This document shows positions 16,509 to 26,146 of a DNA stretch of 64,000 bases, one piece after another. The position numbers and the translations under genes were made by a program. The stretch is from an uncultured bacterium (GTDB lineage Bacteria; Omnitrophota; Omnitrophia; Omnitrophales; Aquincolibacteriaceae). The stretch covers positions 165,855 to 229,854 of the forward strand of contig CAYSSX010000001.1 in the NCBI GenBank assembly GCA_964434115.1. The letters are read 5' to 3'. The notes beneath the pieces were generated by a model. That model was not told the DNA's origin and made no database searches. It saw only the letters and a list, made by a program, of their open reading frames with translations. The stretch's first letter is position 1. Each line of letters begins with the position of its first letter.

Positions 16509-17681
16509 CTAAATAAAGAAAGGAATGACCCGGGCGGAAGACTCGGTTTCGTGGTCCGTGAGCCAAAGGGCTTGGGCCGCAAACATGGTCACCCAGGCGT
16601 TCAGGTGATAGTGAATGGATCCGTCCTGTTCCTGACCGTAAAAAAAGGCGCCGCGCATGGGACCCTGCTGAACCTGAAAAGAGAGAAGTTTATCGCGCAG
16701 TTTTTTCAACGACTCTTCCCGTCCGGTTAAAAGGCCTTCCTGCTGAAGCCGGACCGCGGTTCTTAAAGTCTGGGCGAGAACATCCGCGCGCGTGAACGGC
16801 TGAAGGGCGCCGTCCTTGAAAAATGAAAATACGGTTCCGTCCGCGCGCTGCCCTTTCAAGGCCCATTCCACGCCGCGCTGCGCGGCCTGAAGCGCGTCAT
16901 TGTTCCCGTGAAAAAGACCGTGCTGGAGAAGGCCTTCCACGGTGTAAAGGTGCGGGTGAAGATGCGTGCTGCCTTCACTGTCCTGCGTGATGAAACGGCC
17001 GTCGGGCTGCTGAAGCTGAAGCGTGGCCGTGAAAAGTTTCTTCGCGGCCGCCGTATAAGCCGGGTTTCCCGTGAGTTCCTGAAGTTTGTCGAGCGCCATC
17101 AAGGCCTTGGCGTGAAACCCGCCGCTTTGGCGTGACCATTTGTCGCCCGTGGCCTCCGGCTCCTTGCGGCCGATGTGATAGACGGGAAAAAAAAGACCGT
17201 TCGGGCGGACGGTTTCCTTCAAAAGAAAATCAGCCATCCTGCAGGCGTGGTTCAGATAGGTCTTGTCCTTGGCTGCTTCCGCGAGGCAGACCAGACCGTA
17301 AACAATGATCCACTGGTCAAACGTGAACACCCATTCTTCAAAATAAGGGGTCCGGAAATGATCGTGATTCACGCGCGTGCGGATCAGTCCGTTTTCCGGA
17401 AACTCCTGGCGGATCAGCCAGTCTGCCGCCATCCGGGCCGCCGCGAGATAAGCAGGCTCCCCGGTCTGGGTGTGGGCAAAGAGGTAGGCGTTGACCGCGT
17501 AACCCGTGATTTCAGAATAAAGAAAAGGGTAAGACTGGGTGCGGACGTCAAACCAGGCGTTCACGCCGCCTTTTTTCTCCGGGGCGGAAGAAAGGTCCTG
17601 AATTCCCGAATGAAGCATCCAGGCAAAGGCCGCGCGGGCCGGACTGAGTTGTTCTTTGGACACGGGTGAAGTTGTCAGCAT
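16509..17681 (-). CDS. (alpha/alpha)6-toroid protein, possibly an N-acylglucosamine-2-epimerase-like or prenyltransferase/terpene-cyclase-like repeat protein
   Basis: Repeated Q-x2-DG-x-F/W-like motifs (QQPDGRF, QRADGTVF, GQEQDGSI); 390 aa and soluble. Function is not resolved. Confidence 0.4.
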   Translation of the reverse strand: MLTTSPVSKEQLSPARAAFAWMLHSGIQDLSSAPEKKGGVNAWFDVRTQSYPFLYSEITGYAVNAYLFAHTQTGEPAYLAAARMAADWLIRQEFPENGLIRTRVNHDHFRTPYFEEWVFTFDQWIIVYGLVCLAEAAKDKTYLNHACRMADFLLKETVRPNGLFFPVYHIGRKEPEATGDKWSRQSGGFHAKALMALDKLQELTGNPAYTAAAKKLFTATLQLQQPDGRFITQDSEGSTHLHPHLYTVEGLLQHGLFHGNNDALQAAQRGVEWALKGQRADGTVFSFFKDGALQPFTRADVLAQTLRTAVRLQQEGLLTGREESLKKLRDKLLSFQVQQGPMRGAFFYGQEQDGSIHYHLNAWVTMFAAQALWLTDHETESSARVIPFFI

Positions 17682-17705
17682 ATTTTTATCCGGGGTTAAA
17701 AGAGA

Positions 17706-18287
17706 TTAGCGGCCTGGGCTGAATGCTTTTCCGCAGGCCTGACATTTTTCCGGTAATGGAACGGGTTGTGAATCTTTAAAGCGAATCGTTTCACCGCAAG
17801 GACATACCCAGGCGCGCTGGCGCGCCGGATTTCCTGAAACAAGGGCAAATGGCGGAACCGGTTTTGTGACCACCGAGCCCGCGCCAATGACCGCGAACGC
17901 CCCCAGGTTTAGATCCGGAAGAATCGTGGCGTTTGCGCCGATGGATGCGCCGCGTCCGACTTTCCACTGGACTCCGCGCATGTCGCGCGTGGCGCCGCTC
18001 CGGGGCCAAGGGTCATTGGTAAAGCAGACGCCCGGTCCGACAAACACATCGTCTTCGACGGTTACGCCGTGATACAGCAAAGCCTTGTTATGAATCCTTA
18101 CGCGGTCGCCGATGATCACATGCCGGTCAATGTAGGCGCCATTCCCGATCACGCAGTTCTCGCCGATCACGGCCGATTCCCCTACCTGGACAAAGGCCCA
18201 GACGCGTGTCCCCGCCCCGACTTTCGCGGTCGGCGCAATCAGCGCGGACGGTTCTATGAGCGGCTGCGAAGATGCTGACGGTGCCAT
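17706..18287 (-). CDS. Left-handed beta-helix (hexapeptide-repeat) sugar N-acetyltransferase with a C-terminal Cys4 zinc-ribbon tail
   Basis: Hexapeptide repeats (VIGENCVIGNGAYIDRHVIIGDRVRIHN...). The C-terminal CPCGE...CQACGK resembles WbpD/PglD-type acetyltransferases. Confidence 0.8.
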   Translation of the reverse strand: MAPSASSQPLIEPSALIAPTAKVGAGTRVWAFVQVGESAVIGENCVIGNGAYIDRHVIIGDRVRIHNKALLYHGVTVEDDVFVGPGVCFTNDPWPRSGATRDMRGVQWKVGRGASIGANATILPDLNLGAFAVIGAGSVVTKPVPPFALVSGNPARQRAWVCPCGETIRFKDSQPVPLPEKCQACGKAFSPGR

Positions 18288-19237
18288 GCGATGTTCTTCT
18301 TGAGGCCTTCCTCGAAACTGACTTCGGCTTTCCAGCCGAAAAGTTTTTTGGCAAGCGCCGGGTTGCAGCGAAGCTTGTGAACTTCCGCGAGTCTCTGCTT
18401 GATGTGCGTGATCTGAGTTTTGGTGCCGCAGTGTTTCACGATTAATTCCGCGGTCTTGTTCACGCTGATATCGGTCCCGGTTCCGAAATTCACGGCCTGT
18501 CCAATGGCTTTGGGATGGCTGCCCATCACAAGGAACGCGCGCACCATATCATCGACGTAGGTGAAATCGCGGCTTTGTTTGCCGGATCCGTAAACCGTCA
18601 AGGGCTGGCCTTTCAAGGCCAGATCAATGAACTTGGGAATCACGTCGTAGGTGTGGCGGGGGCCGAAGGTATTGAAGGGGCGGATGATCGCCACCGGAAG
18701 ACCGTAGGTCAGATAATACGAAAAGGCAAAGCGGTCGGCCGCGACTTTCGAAGCCGCGTAAGGTGAAGTGGGATTCAGGCCATGGGTTTCGGAAATTGAA
18801 GGCGTGAGAGCTGTCCCGTAAATTTCACTGGAAGAGGTGCAGACCACCCTCTCTAAATTAGTGAGCTTCATCGCCGCGTGAAGGACGTTCAGGGTGCCGT
18901 GCAGGTTTGTGGCCATGACTTCGAAAGGATGATCAAAGGAATACGGCACATAGGCATCGGCCGCGAGATGCAGAATGACTTCCGGCTTGTTCTTCTTAAT
19001 CAGCGCCGTGGTGTCCGGGCTTGAAATATTGACCGCGATAATCTGCTGAAGGTCTTTTTTAAGGTGAGGGATATTTTTGAGTTCATACTTGTAGGTTCCG
19101 CTGACCGAGGAACCGCGGACCAGAACCGACACCTTGGCCCCGAGAGAAACCAGTTTTTCCGTGAGATGCGAGCCCATAAAACCGTCTGCGCCCGTCACCA
19201 GAACTTTCTTGCCCTTCCACTGCTGTTTCGCACTCAC
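18254..19237 (-). CDS. NAD-dependent epimerase/dehydratase (extended SDR; NDP-sugar 4,6-dehydratase-like)
   Basis: VLVTGADGFMGSHL and a YAASK catalytic dyad. The GTG start at 19237 is preceded by AGGAAAGGA. Confidence 0.8.
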   Translation of the reverse strand: MSAKQQWKGKKVLVTGADGFMGSHLTEKLVSLGAKVSVLVRGSSVSGTYKYELKNIPHLKKDLQQIIAVNISSPDTTALIKKNKPEVILHLAADAYVPYSFDHPFEVMATNLHGTLNVLHAAMKLTNLERVVCTSSSEIYGTALTPSISETHGLNPTSPYAASKVAADRFAFSYYLTYGLPVAIIRPFNTFGPRHTYDVIPKFIDLALKGQPLTVYGSGKQSRDFTYVDDMVRAFLVMGSHPKAIGQAVNFGTGTDISVNKTAELIVKHCGTKTQITHIKQRLAEVHKLRCNPALAKKLFGWKAEVSFEEGLKKNIAWHRQHLRSRS

Positions 19238-19338
19238 GAGAGGATTCCTTTCCTGATAAAAAGCGTGATCAATAAAGAAGTGCCGGATCTAGAAAAATGA
19301 TTCAGGGATTTTATCAGAAGTCAAAGCGGGGAACAAGT

Positions 19339-20862
19339 TTAGCCTTCATTTGAGGAATTCCCGGAAGAAAGGTCTTTGGAGGCCTTTTTGGCGAAAAAAC
19401 CCGTGAGCATCTCCCAGGCGTGCCTCAGGATGCCGGTTTCCCTCTCGGCCAAAGCCAAAAGAGGCAAGGCAAAACCCGCAAAGAGCAGGGTTTGCAGAAA
19501 AGCGGTGCCCAGATGGGTCTCTTCTAAGCCGCGGGTGATCCAGGCCACGGCGAGGAGAGCCGCGAGCGTATAGACAAAGGACAAAACGACCTGAACATAA
19601 AACATCAGAACCCCCTGGCGGAGCTTCAAAATCTTGAAGGAGGCCGCGGAGAAGAAAATAAAATTCAGAAAAGCCGTGATCAGGGAGGCGATGGCCACGC
19701 CCTCAATCCCCCGTCCGGCGTGAAGAAACCACCCGGAAAAACCATAGGCCGAGGCGATTAAAAGAATCTGCAGAGGGATCAGCAGCCAGTGTTTTCGCAC
19801 CGTGATAAGAAAATTGGAAAACGGATGGGTTAAGGCCATAAAAAAAGATCCCAGGATCACCATCTCGAGCGCGCCGAGTCCGTCCCGGTACGCGGGAAGA
19901 AACGCGGGCACCAGCCAGTTTGAAAAAATCCAGACCACGGCGAGCGGCAGAGGAAAAAGAAAGGCCAGCCCGAGCGCGGGCTTCACAAGATACTTCACCA
20001 GATCCTGAGGGTTGTCCCTCTGGGCGTACAGCTCCTGAAAATGCGGAAACAGGATCACGCCGAACATGTTGGGCAAAGAATAAAGATAATTGTTGGCCAT
20101 GAGCGCCACGCTGTAAATGCCGAGCTGTTCAAAACTGAGAAATTTGGCAATCATGATCCTGTCCGCGGAGGTCAAAAAAGTCCTCAGCACATCGGACACC
20201 AGCATGGCAAAGCCCAGATCAAAAAGCGGCAGGATCTTTTTCCAGGAAAAAAGAAAAGAGAACCGGTACGGGGTTTTCCAATGAAGAATGGCCAAACAAA
20301 GCAGGTAGTTCAAAAGTACGGACGCGAAAAACCCAAAGAGTTTAAACGGCCACGCCATTCCGAGGGCCAGGACCAGCCCCAAAACGCTGGAGAAAAAATT
20401 CAGCAGCCCGGCAAACACAAAGGCCTTGTGCGCCCTGAGCAGAACCACGTAGAGGTTGTAAATTCTTTGAAGCAGGATAATGCCGGCCACCACGAGGAGC
20501 CCGATGAAAATTTCGCTGGAATAGGTATTCCTTTTAGCGAGCGCGAAAACGACCACCCCAAGGGAAGTCAGGCCCGCGGTCAAAACCGTGAAACTGAAAA
20601 CCAGGTTCTTGGTTTCCTCGGCCTTTTCCGTTTCCCCTTTTTTTAAATAATACGGAACGTCGCGGGTGGTCGCGGTGGTGATCCCAAGGCTGGCGTGTTT
20701 GGCGTAGTTGATGATGACTTGCAGAAAAGCCCACACCCCCATTTGCGCGGGGCCTAAAAAGCGGCGCAGCAGGATTCCGGTCAGGACATCAAAGAATTGC
20801 GCGGCATAGGAACTGAGCGAGTAAATGCCGGCGTCTTTGAGGATTTCTTTTTTTTTCGACAT
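19339..20862 (-). CDS. wzx: Wzx-type oligosaccharide flippase (MOP superfamily polysaccharide biosynthesis protein)
   Basis: 507 aa with about 12-14 transmembrane segments and an N-terminal region typical of PST-family flippases. Confidence 0.8.
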   Translation of the reverse strand: MSKKKEILKDAGIYSLSSYAAQFFDVLTGILLRRFLGPAQMGVWAFLQVIINYAKHASLGITTATTRDVPYYLKKGETEKAEETKNLVFSFTVLTAGLTSLGVVVFALAKRNTYSSEIFIGLLVVAGIILLQRIYNLYVVLLRAHKAFVFAGLLNFFSSVLGLVLALGMAWPFKLFGFFASVLLNYLLCLAILHWKTPYRFSFLFSWKKILPLFDLGFAMLVSDVLRTFLTSADRIMIAKFLSFEQLGIYSVALMANNYLYSLPNMFGVILFPHFQELYAQRDNPQDLVKYLVKPALGLAFLFPLPLAVVWIFSNWLVPAFLPAYRDGLGALEMVILGSFFMALTHPFSNFLITVRKHWLLIPLQILLIASAYGFSGWFLHAGRGIEGVAIASLITAFLNFIFFSAASFKILKLRQGVLMFYVQVVLSFVYTLAALLAVAWITRGLEETHLGTAFLQTLLFAGFALPLLALAERETGILRHAWEMLTGFFAKKASKDLSSGNSSNEG

Positions 20863-20871
20863 GGGGGGCTT

Positions 20872-21666
20872 TTACCAGGCTGTCCAGCCGCCGTCGACCA
20901 TTAAGTTGTGGCCTGTCACAAACGACGAGGCGCCGGAGGCGAGGTAAAGAACAGCGCCCTTGATTTCTTTGCGGTCCATCATCCGGCCAAGCGGCGTTTT
21001 GGCCGCGTAGCGCTCCAGAAATTCCTCAGGCTGGTCATTGAACACTCCGCCGGGTGAAACGCAGTTGACGCGAAGCCCGTGCTTGGCCCAGTAAGCCGCG
21101 AAATACCGCGTGAGGTTGACGATCGCGCCCTTGCTCGCGGCGTAAACCGCGGGCGAGTTGATGCCGGAATTGCCGTAAATCCTTTGATCCGCCCCTACCA
21201 CCCCGTAAATGGAGGCAATATTGATAATGCTTCCGCGGATGTCCTTACGGATCATGGAAGCCGCCACATGTCTTGTCATCAGAAAAGTCCCGTTCACGTT
21301 TACTTTCATGACCCGGTCCCAGTGGGCCATGTCGTATTTTTCAACGCTCGTGAAATGCGTGGTGCCCGAGGCAATGGCCGCGTTAATCAGAATGTCGATG
21401 CCGCCGGATTTTTTTTCCACCGCGGAGACCAGTTTTTTGATGGCCCCTTCGTTTGTCACGTCAAGCTGCTGAAACCGCACGCGTGTTTTCAAAGCCTTGG
21501 GAACTCCGGCAAGTGCCTTTTTCCCGTTGGCGGGGTTGATATCGCAAAGGTAAACCGCGGCGCCGGCCTCAGCCAACGCCATGCCGATATGCGGGCCGAG
21601 GAGTCCCGCGCCTCCGGTCACAAGCGCGGTTTTTCCCGATAAACTCCACTCTGAATTTTTACCCAT
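20872..21666 (-). CDS. SDR family oxidoreductase
   Basis: TALVTGGAGLLGPHI, NAA and YAASKGA. The true start is the ATG at 21666, preceded by GAGGAGG. The 79-aa upstream extension in the track is spurious. Confidence 0.8.
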   Translation of the reverse strand: MGKNSEWSLSGKTALVTGGAGLLGPHIGMALAEAGAAVYLCDINPANGKKALAGVPKALKTRVRFQQLDVTNEGAIKKLVSAVEKKSGGIDILINAAIASGTTHFTSVEKYDMAHWDRVMKVNVNGTFLMTRHVAASMIRKDIRGSIINIASIYGVVGADQRIYGNSGINSPAVYAASKGAIVNLTRYFAAYWAKHGLRVNCVSPGGVFNDQPEEFLERYAAKTPLGRMMDRKEIKGAVLYLASGASSFVTGHNLMVDGGWTAW

Positions 21667-21697
21667 AAAGCCTCCTCGTGACGGTTCGTGCCGGCCC

Positions 21698-22414
21698 TTA
21701 GAGCCAGAAATGATAAACAAAAGTTGAGGAATATTCCGTGAATCCCATTTTTTTATAAAGACCGCAGGCCGGCGCATTCTCTTTTTGAGTCGCCACAGAA
21801 AGAAAGCGGGCCTTTTTTGAAGCCGCCCAAGCCTGGGCTTCTCTGACCAGCGCGGCACCCAGGCCCTTTCCCCGGCTCTTCTTGTCGACCCCGATAAGAT
21901 CAATCACGGCTTCGTCCTTTTTTTTCTTGAGGGTCACAAAGCCCGTGGGCTTACCGGCGGGCGAAACAGAAACAAGAACCGCGTCCGCGATTTCCTTGCG
22001 CACGGATTTCTGGATCCACAAAGTATAAAGACGTTTGTAATCCGCGGCCCGGAACCCGGGGTCGCACTTAAAGCGGGAATAAACCCCGCTTTGCAAGGCC
22101 AGATCCACAAGCGTTTTGTCCGCGGCCGTTTTTTTATAGGGCAGGACCGGAATCAGCGGCAGTTCGGTTTGTCCGCCCCGAACCGGCATCCGGTAAACCA
22201 CCTTTTCATCCACCTTGCGTCCGCCGGCCGGGAGGATTTTCTCCGGCTTTGAAAGCGCAAACGGCGAAAAAACATAGAGAAGCCGGAACCCCTGTTTTTG
22301 GGCCTTGTTTAAAATTTCAGAGAGCTGCTGGCTGTCTTCTTTGTCTTGAAGAGACAGGCAAGCGATTTTGATTTTAAAGAATTTCGAATCCCAGGCAAGC
22401 GGCGTTAATTTCAC
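21698..22414 (-). CDS. wecD: dTDP-fucosamine (4-amino-4,6-dideoxy sugar) N-acetyltransferase WecD-like, two-domain GNAT
   Basis: The N-terminus LTPLAWDSKFFKIKIACLSL aligns with E. coli WecD ([20 protein letters not shown]). A C-terminal GNAT domain follows. The GTG start at 22414 overlaps the TGA of the upstream gene (GTGA). Confidence 0.65.
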   Translation of the reverse strand: MKLTPLAWDSKFFKIKIACLSLQDKEDSQQLSEILNKAQKQGFRLLYVFSPFALSKPEKILPAGGRKVDEKVVYRMPVRGGQTELPLIPVLPYKKTAADKTLVDLALQSGVYSRFKCDPGFRAADYKRLYTLWIQKSVRKEIADAVLVSVSPAGKPTGFVTLKKKKDEAVIDLIGVDKKSRGKGLGAALVREAQAWAASKKARFLSVATQKENAPACGLYKKMGFTEYSSTFVYHFWL

Positions 22415-23403
22415 GCGCGGGCTCCCGTGGAAAGCGGCTTGCTGTCGCGGGCGCACAAAGCCACTTCAAGCACCCGGCGCGCGTCTTCCAGCGTGTGAAT
22501 AGGCTGCTCTTTTTTGTCTAAGACCGCCAGAAAATGCCGCATTAAATCCAGAAACATATCATTGGTTTGAAACCCGGCAGGCTCTTCGTGGTAAGTCCAG
22601 GCGCCTTTGGATTTTTGAAAGCATTCCACCCTTTTTTGATTCGGATTCCAGACAATCGTCCCTTCCGTGCCCGCGACCGCGCAATACCGGGTTTCCGGGT
22701 ACTGAAAATAATTAAGGCTGACACTGCCCGCGGCGCGTGATTGAAATTTCAAAAGAATTTCAGCCAGGTCTTCGGTTTCAATTTCCAGGTCACTGAAGCG
22801 GCCGGTCACGGATTCCACGCGGTCGACATCCCCCATCAGCCAGTAAACATAATCCAGTTCATGGATCGCGTCCAGGATCACGCCGCCGCCCAGGTCTTTC
22901 CTGGAACTGTACATGCGCCGGTAATCTTCCCAGGGATGCCATTCTTTCAAACAGCCGCCGTAATGGGCGCGGATGTCGAGCGGACGGCCGATGGCGCCTT
23001 CCTGGATTAACTTTTTCATGAGCCTGACCGAAGGGTGAAAACGCATTTTGTACCCGAGAAGGACGGGAAGTTTTTTTTCAGTGCAAAGCCGGATGAAATC
23101 TTCCACGCCTTCAAGCGTGTGGGAAATGGGCTTTTCGATAAACAGAGGAATGCCGCGAAGCGCCGCTTGACGCGCGGTTTCAAGGTGGAGGCTGGTCGGG
23201 TTTGTGACAAACACGGCGTCAGGCTTTTGATCCAAGGCCTCTTCGTAAGACTTAAAACTTTCAAGGCCGGTTTCTTTTTCAAAGTCCCCGAGCGTTTCAT
23301 TGCGCACGCGCCAGGCCAGGATTCTGCATGGGGTGAGCTGCTTGAGATTTTTGATGTGACGGCGCCCAATGGATCCGCAGCCGGTAAAGAGAAAGATTTT
23401 CAT
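22411..23403 (-). CDS. Gfo/Idh/MocA family NAD(P)-dependent oxidoreductase (WbpB-like sugar dehydrogenase)
   Basis: MKIFLFTGCGSIGRRH Rossmann fold, an EKP motif and the C-terminal alpha/beta domain. Confidence 0.85.
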   Translation of the reverse strand: MKIFLFTGCGSIGRRHIKNLKQLTPCRILAWRVRNETLGDFEKETGLESFKSYEEALDQKPDAVFVTNPTSLHLETARQAALRGIPLFIEKPISHTLEGVEDFIRLCTEKKLPVLLGYKMRFHPSVRLMKKLIQEGAIGRPLDIRAHYGGCLKEWHPWEDYRRMYSSRKDLGGGVILDAIHELDYVYWLMGDVDRVESVTGRFSDLEIETEDLAEILLKFQSRAAGSVSLNYFQYPETRYCAVAGTEGTIVWNPNQKRVECFQKSKGAWTYHEEPAGFQTNDMFLDLMRHFLAVLDKKEQPIHTLEDARRVLEVALCARDSKPLSTGARA

Positions 23404-25298
23404 CGGGAGTTTCCTCCGGGGGTTGCTTGAATGAGTTCGAGCAGTTCTCGGGCCGCGGCGAAAGAGGCCCCGCCTTCGGGCTTTGTCAGGTATTGGGGAA
23501 TCACTTGCAGCGACCTTTCAATTTGCGCGTCCCTGTACGGGCTGTCATGCAGAAGCTTGTCCAAAGCCGAACGGAGGGATTCCAGGTCTTTGGCTCCGAT
23601 CGCCGCGCCGGTCTCCGCATGCGGCTGAAGGTCACGCCCGCCTTCCAGGTTAATGGTGATCACCGGCTTACGCAGCATCATGGCTTCAATCGCCACGGTG
23701 GAACAAGGCGTCATCAGGATATCACAGGCCAAAAGAAGATTGGGGGTTGAGTAAAGCCGGAGAAGTTTGACCCGGTCCTTGAGCCCGGAATTCAAAACCC
23801 TTTCTTTAGTATAAGCCTCATGCGGGTCCCTTGGGTGGAGTTTTACGGCCAGGCACACATCGTGAAAAGGTTCCAAAGCCCGGAAAACCGTATCCAGCAA
23901 GCGCTGAGTATTTTCCCGCGACAAATAATGTCCGACAAAATCGGCGCGGCCGTCTTCATGAAAAGGATCGGTGGCAAGCACCACAATTTTTTGATCCGGC
24001 GCCGCACCCAGATCGCGCAAAACCTTCTTCCGCGCGTCCTCCTGCCGTTTCAGAACCTCTTCAAACCGGTCGTAGCGCGGCACGCCGGTGAGTGAGATCT
24101 GGCGGTCCGGAATTCCCCAGCTGAGCAGGAGTTCCCGGGAATAAGGCCCCCAGGCCGCGATTTTGGAAGCCGTAACCGGAGCCAAAGCAATCGGGACTGT
24201 GCGGAATGGCGCGCCGTGCTGAATGACCAGGGAAGGAATTTTTAACTTTCGCGCCGCGGAGGCCAAGGTCTTGTTGTAGGGCGTGACATCTTCGTCGAAA
24301 AGAATTCCCGCGGTTTTTTCTTTTTGAAGAAAATCCAAGGCCTGCTCATAAAGAGCCGTGAGCGGCTGGAGACGAGAAAACAGGCGCGAACGGAACGAAG
24401 GTCTCATGAGGGGCCAAAGGTCCACCCCGCTGCGTTTAAAAACATCCGAGCGCGACAAGGCGCTGTCCAGCCGGTTCCAAAGGGCCTTGTTTTCGGCCTC
24501 TGCCGGCGGAAAAGGCAAAAATTTCATGCCCATCAAATAACGCAAGGCAAATTTCCAGAAGCGAATCCCCGCTTTTTGCCTGAGCAGGGTCAGACGGACC
24601 GAAGGGTTCTGAACAAGATAAGGAATCACGGTTTCGCAGTGTTTGAGATCCGAGCAGATTAAGACAGGGAGTTTCTTCTTGGATAAGCCAAGATCGAAAA
24701 GAAAATTCGCCGCGCGCCAAAGGGCCTGCAGGCTCTTTTCCTTAGCGCTGTTGTCCGGAGCCGCAAGCGGTTCCGCCGCATCTTCGATACGTTCCGCGGG
24801 CCACAAAAAACGCAGTCCGCTTTCCAAACTGTTTTCCTGTGTCTCCGTGCAGGACTCTTTTTGATAAAGGCAGACCCGTTTCACACCGAGCTGAGTCAAA
24901 AGACCGTTCAGGAGCGCCGTGTCTCTAAAGTAAGCCAGCAAAAAATACGTGAAAGGATGCTGAATCAGGGATGCTGTTTGAAGGCCTGAGGTTTCCAGAA
25001 TCCCTGCGAGCTCCGGGCGCAGATACCAGTCCCCCGCGGTTTTAAAAGCGTCGTCATTGACGCTTTGCATGAAGGTCTCCTGCTCAAAATTTTCTTCAAA
25101 TAAAAAAAGTCCGGTTTCGCGGAGCGCGGCTTTTTCTGGGTCGGGAAGGCCGATCACCGCGGCCCGGCTTTGGGGAGACAGTTCCTGGGAAAGTTTTTTT
25201 AGGGCTTGAAGGCGCGCTTCCGGATTTGAGGAATCCCGGCGCGAGATGAGAACCAGTAAGGCGATTTCAGTCAAGACACCGCCATCACTTCGCGGCAT
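23400..25298 (-). CDS. GT-B-fold protein of the TagF (CDP-glycerol glycerophosphotransferase) / capsule-biosynthesis (KpsC/KpsS-like) type
   Basis: 632 aa. The C-terminal region DILMTPCSTVAIEAMMLRKPVITI resembles the TagF/Capsule_synth donor-binding motif. Family assignment is tentative. Confidence 0.45.
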   Translation of the reverse strand: MPRSDGGVLTEIALLVLISRRDSSNPEARLQALKKLSQELSPQSRAAVIGLPDPEKAALRETGLFLFEENFEQETFMQSVNDDAFKTAGDWYLRPELAGILETSGLQTASLIQHPFTYFLLAYFRDTALLNGLLTQLGVKRVCLYQKESCTETQENSLESGLRFLWPAERIEDAAEPLAAPDNSAKEKSLQALWRAANFLFDLGLSKKKLPVLICSDLKHCETVIPYLVQNPSVRLTLLRQKAGIRFWKFALRYLMGMKFLPFPPAEAENKALWNRLDSALSRSDVFKRSGVDLWPLMRPSFRSRLFSRLQPLTALYEQALDFLQKEKTAGILFDEDVTPYNKTLASAARKLKIPSLVIQHGAPFRTVPIALAPVTASKIAAWGPYSRELLLSWGIPDRQISLTGVPRYDRFEEVLKRQEDARKKVLRDLGAAPDQKIVVLATDPFHEDGRADFVGHYLSRENTQRLLDTVFRALEPFHDVCLAVKLHPRDPHEAYTKERVLNSGLKDRVKLLRLYSTPNLLLACDILMTPCSTVAIEAMMLRKPVITINLEGGRDLQPHAETGAAIGAKDLESLRSALDKLLHDSPYRDAQIERSLQVIPQYLTKPEGGASFAAARELLELIQATPGGNSR

Positions 25299-26142
25299 AA
25301 ATGTGGAGGACGTTGTCGAAAAACGCGGGCGAAAGAAGACGGGTTGACGGATTAAGACGAAGCCGGATCATGTCGAGCGGGATCCGGAACGGGTCCGACC
25401 ACTTGGCGTACGGCGTGCCGATGTAAAAATATTTTTTGCACACAATTTTGAAACCGGCCTTGATCAGCATTTCGGTCATGGTGCGTGTCGAGAAATAATA
25501 AATATGGTACTTGGGTGTGACGAGATTGAACTTCTCTTTATAAAGCCGCGCACAAAGGCTTCCGATGTTCGGCGTGTTGATGGCCAGCATACCGCCCGGC
25601 TTCAGAATCCGGTAAGCGGTGGTCAGGTAGGAATAGGGGTCCTGAAAGTGTTCAATCACGCCGCGCATGTTGACCACATCAAAAGAATTGTCTTCGTAAT
25701 CCAGTTCCGGAAGCGGGCCGAGTTTTACTTCGAGGCCAAAACGGACCCTGGCGTCTTCCGCGGCCGCGGGATTGAATTCGGTGCCGTATTTCTCCCACCC
25801 CGGCCCCAGCCTTGAAAGAAAAAAACCTCCGCCGCATCCGACATCGAGAATCCTTCCCGGCTTCACGAGTTTCTGGAGTTCCTTCACTTCAATGTCATAC
25901 ATCTTGATGCGGAGCGCGCGGGCCTTGTCTTCGCCGTGCATCTGGTAGTAATCCACGCCGTAGACCTTTTGCAGGCCGGCGCGGTTCAGCCGCGGGTTCA
26001 CATAAACCAGTCCGCAATGACGGCACTCCACGATTTTAAAGCCTTCGGATTCCCCCCAAAGCCCGGTGTCTTCGGACCCGCAGAGGTTGCAGGGAATGGT
26101 TTCAAGAAATTCAGGGGTCAAAAGCGAGGTGTCGGTCTGCAT
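25285..26142 (-). CDS. Class I SAM-dependent methyltransferase with an N-terminal zinc ribbon
   Basis: CNLCGS...CRHCG ribbon and the ILDVGCGGGFFL motif I. The start is set at the internal ATG at 26142, 4 nt after the degT stop. Confidence 0.75.
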   Translation of the reverse strand: MQTDTSLLTPEFLETIPCNLCGSEDTGLWGESEGFKIVECRHCGLVYVNPRLNRAGLQKVYGVDYYQMHGEDKARALRIKMYDIEVKELQKLVKPGRILDVGCGGGFFLSRLGPGWEKYGTEFNPAAAEDARVRFGLEVKLGPLPELDYEDNSFDVVNMRGVIEHFQDPYSYLTTAYRILKPGGMLAINTPNIGSLCARLYKEKFNLVTPKYHIYYFSTRTMTEMLIKAGFKIVCKKYFYIGTPYAKWSDPFRIPLDMIRLRLNPSTRLLSPAFFDNVLHIYAAK

Positions 26143-26146
26143 GGGC

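Noticed and set aside
15290-16582. N-terminal extensions on several track ORFs, including 16469-16582, 21667-21903, 26143-26199, 40986-41081, 44023-44046, 55963-56016, 57232-57375 and 62520-62558
   Set aside because: The extensions are low-complexity, lack family conservation and overlap upstream genes. Internal starts with Shine-Dalgarno motifs or with stop/start overlaps (ATGA, GTGA, TGATG) fit the family N-termini, so I used the shorter coordinates.
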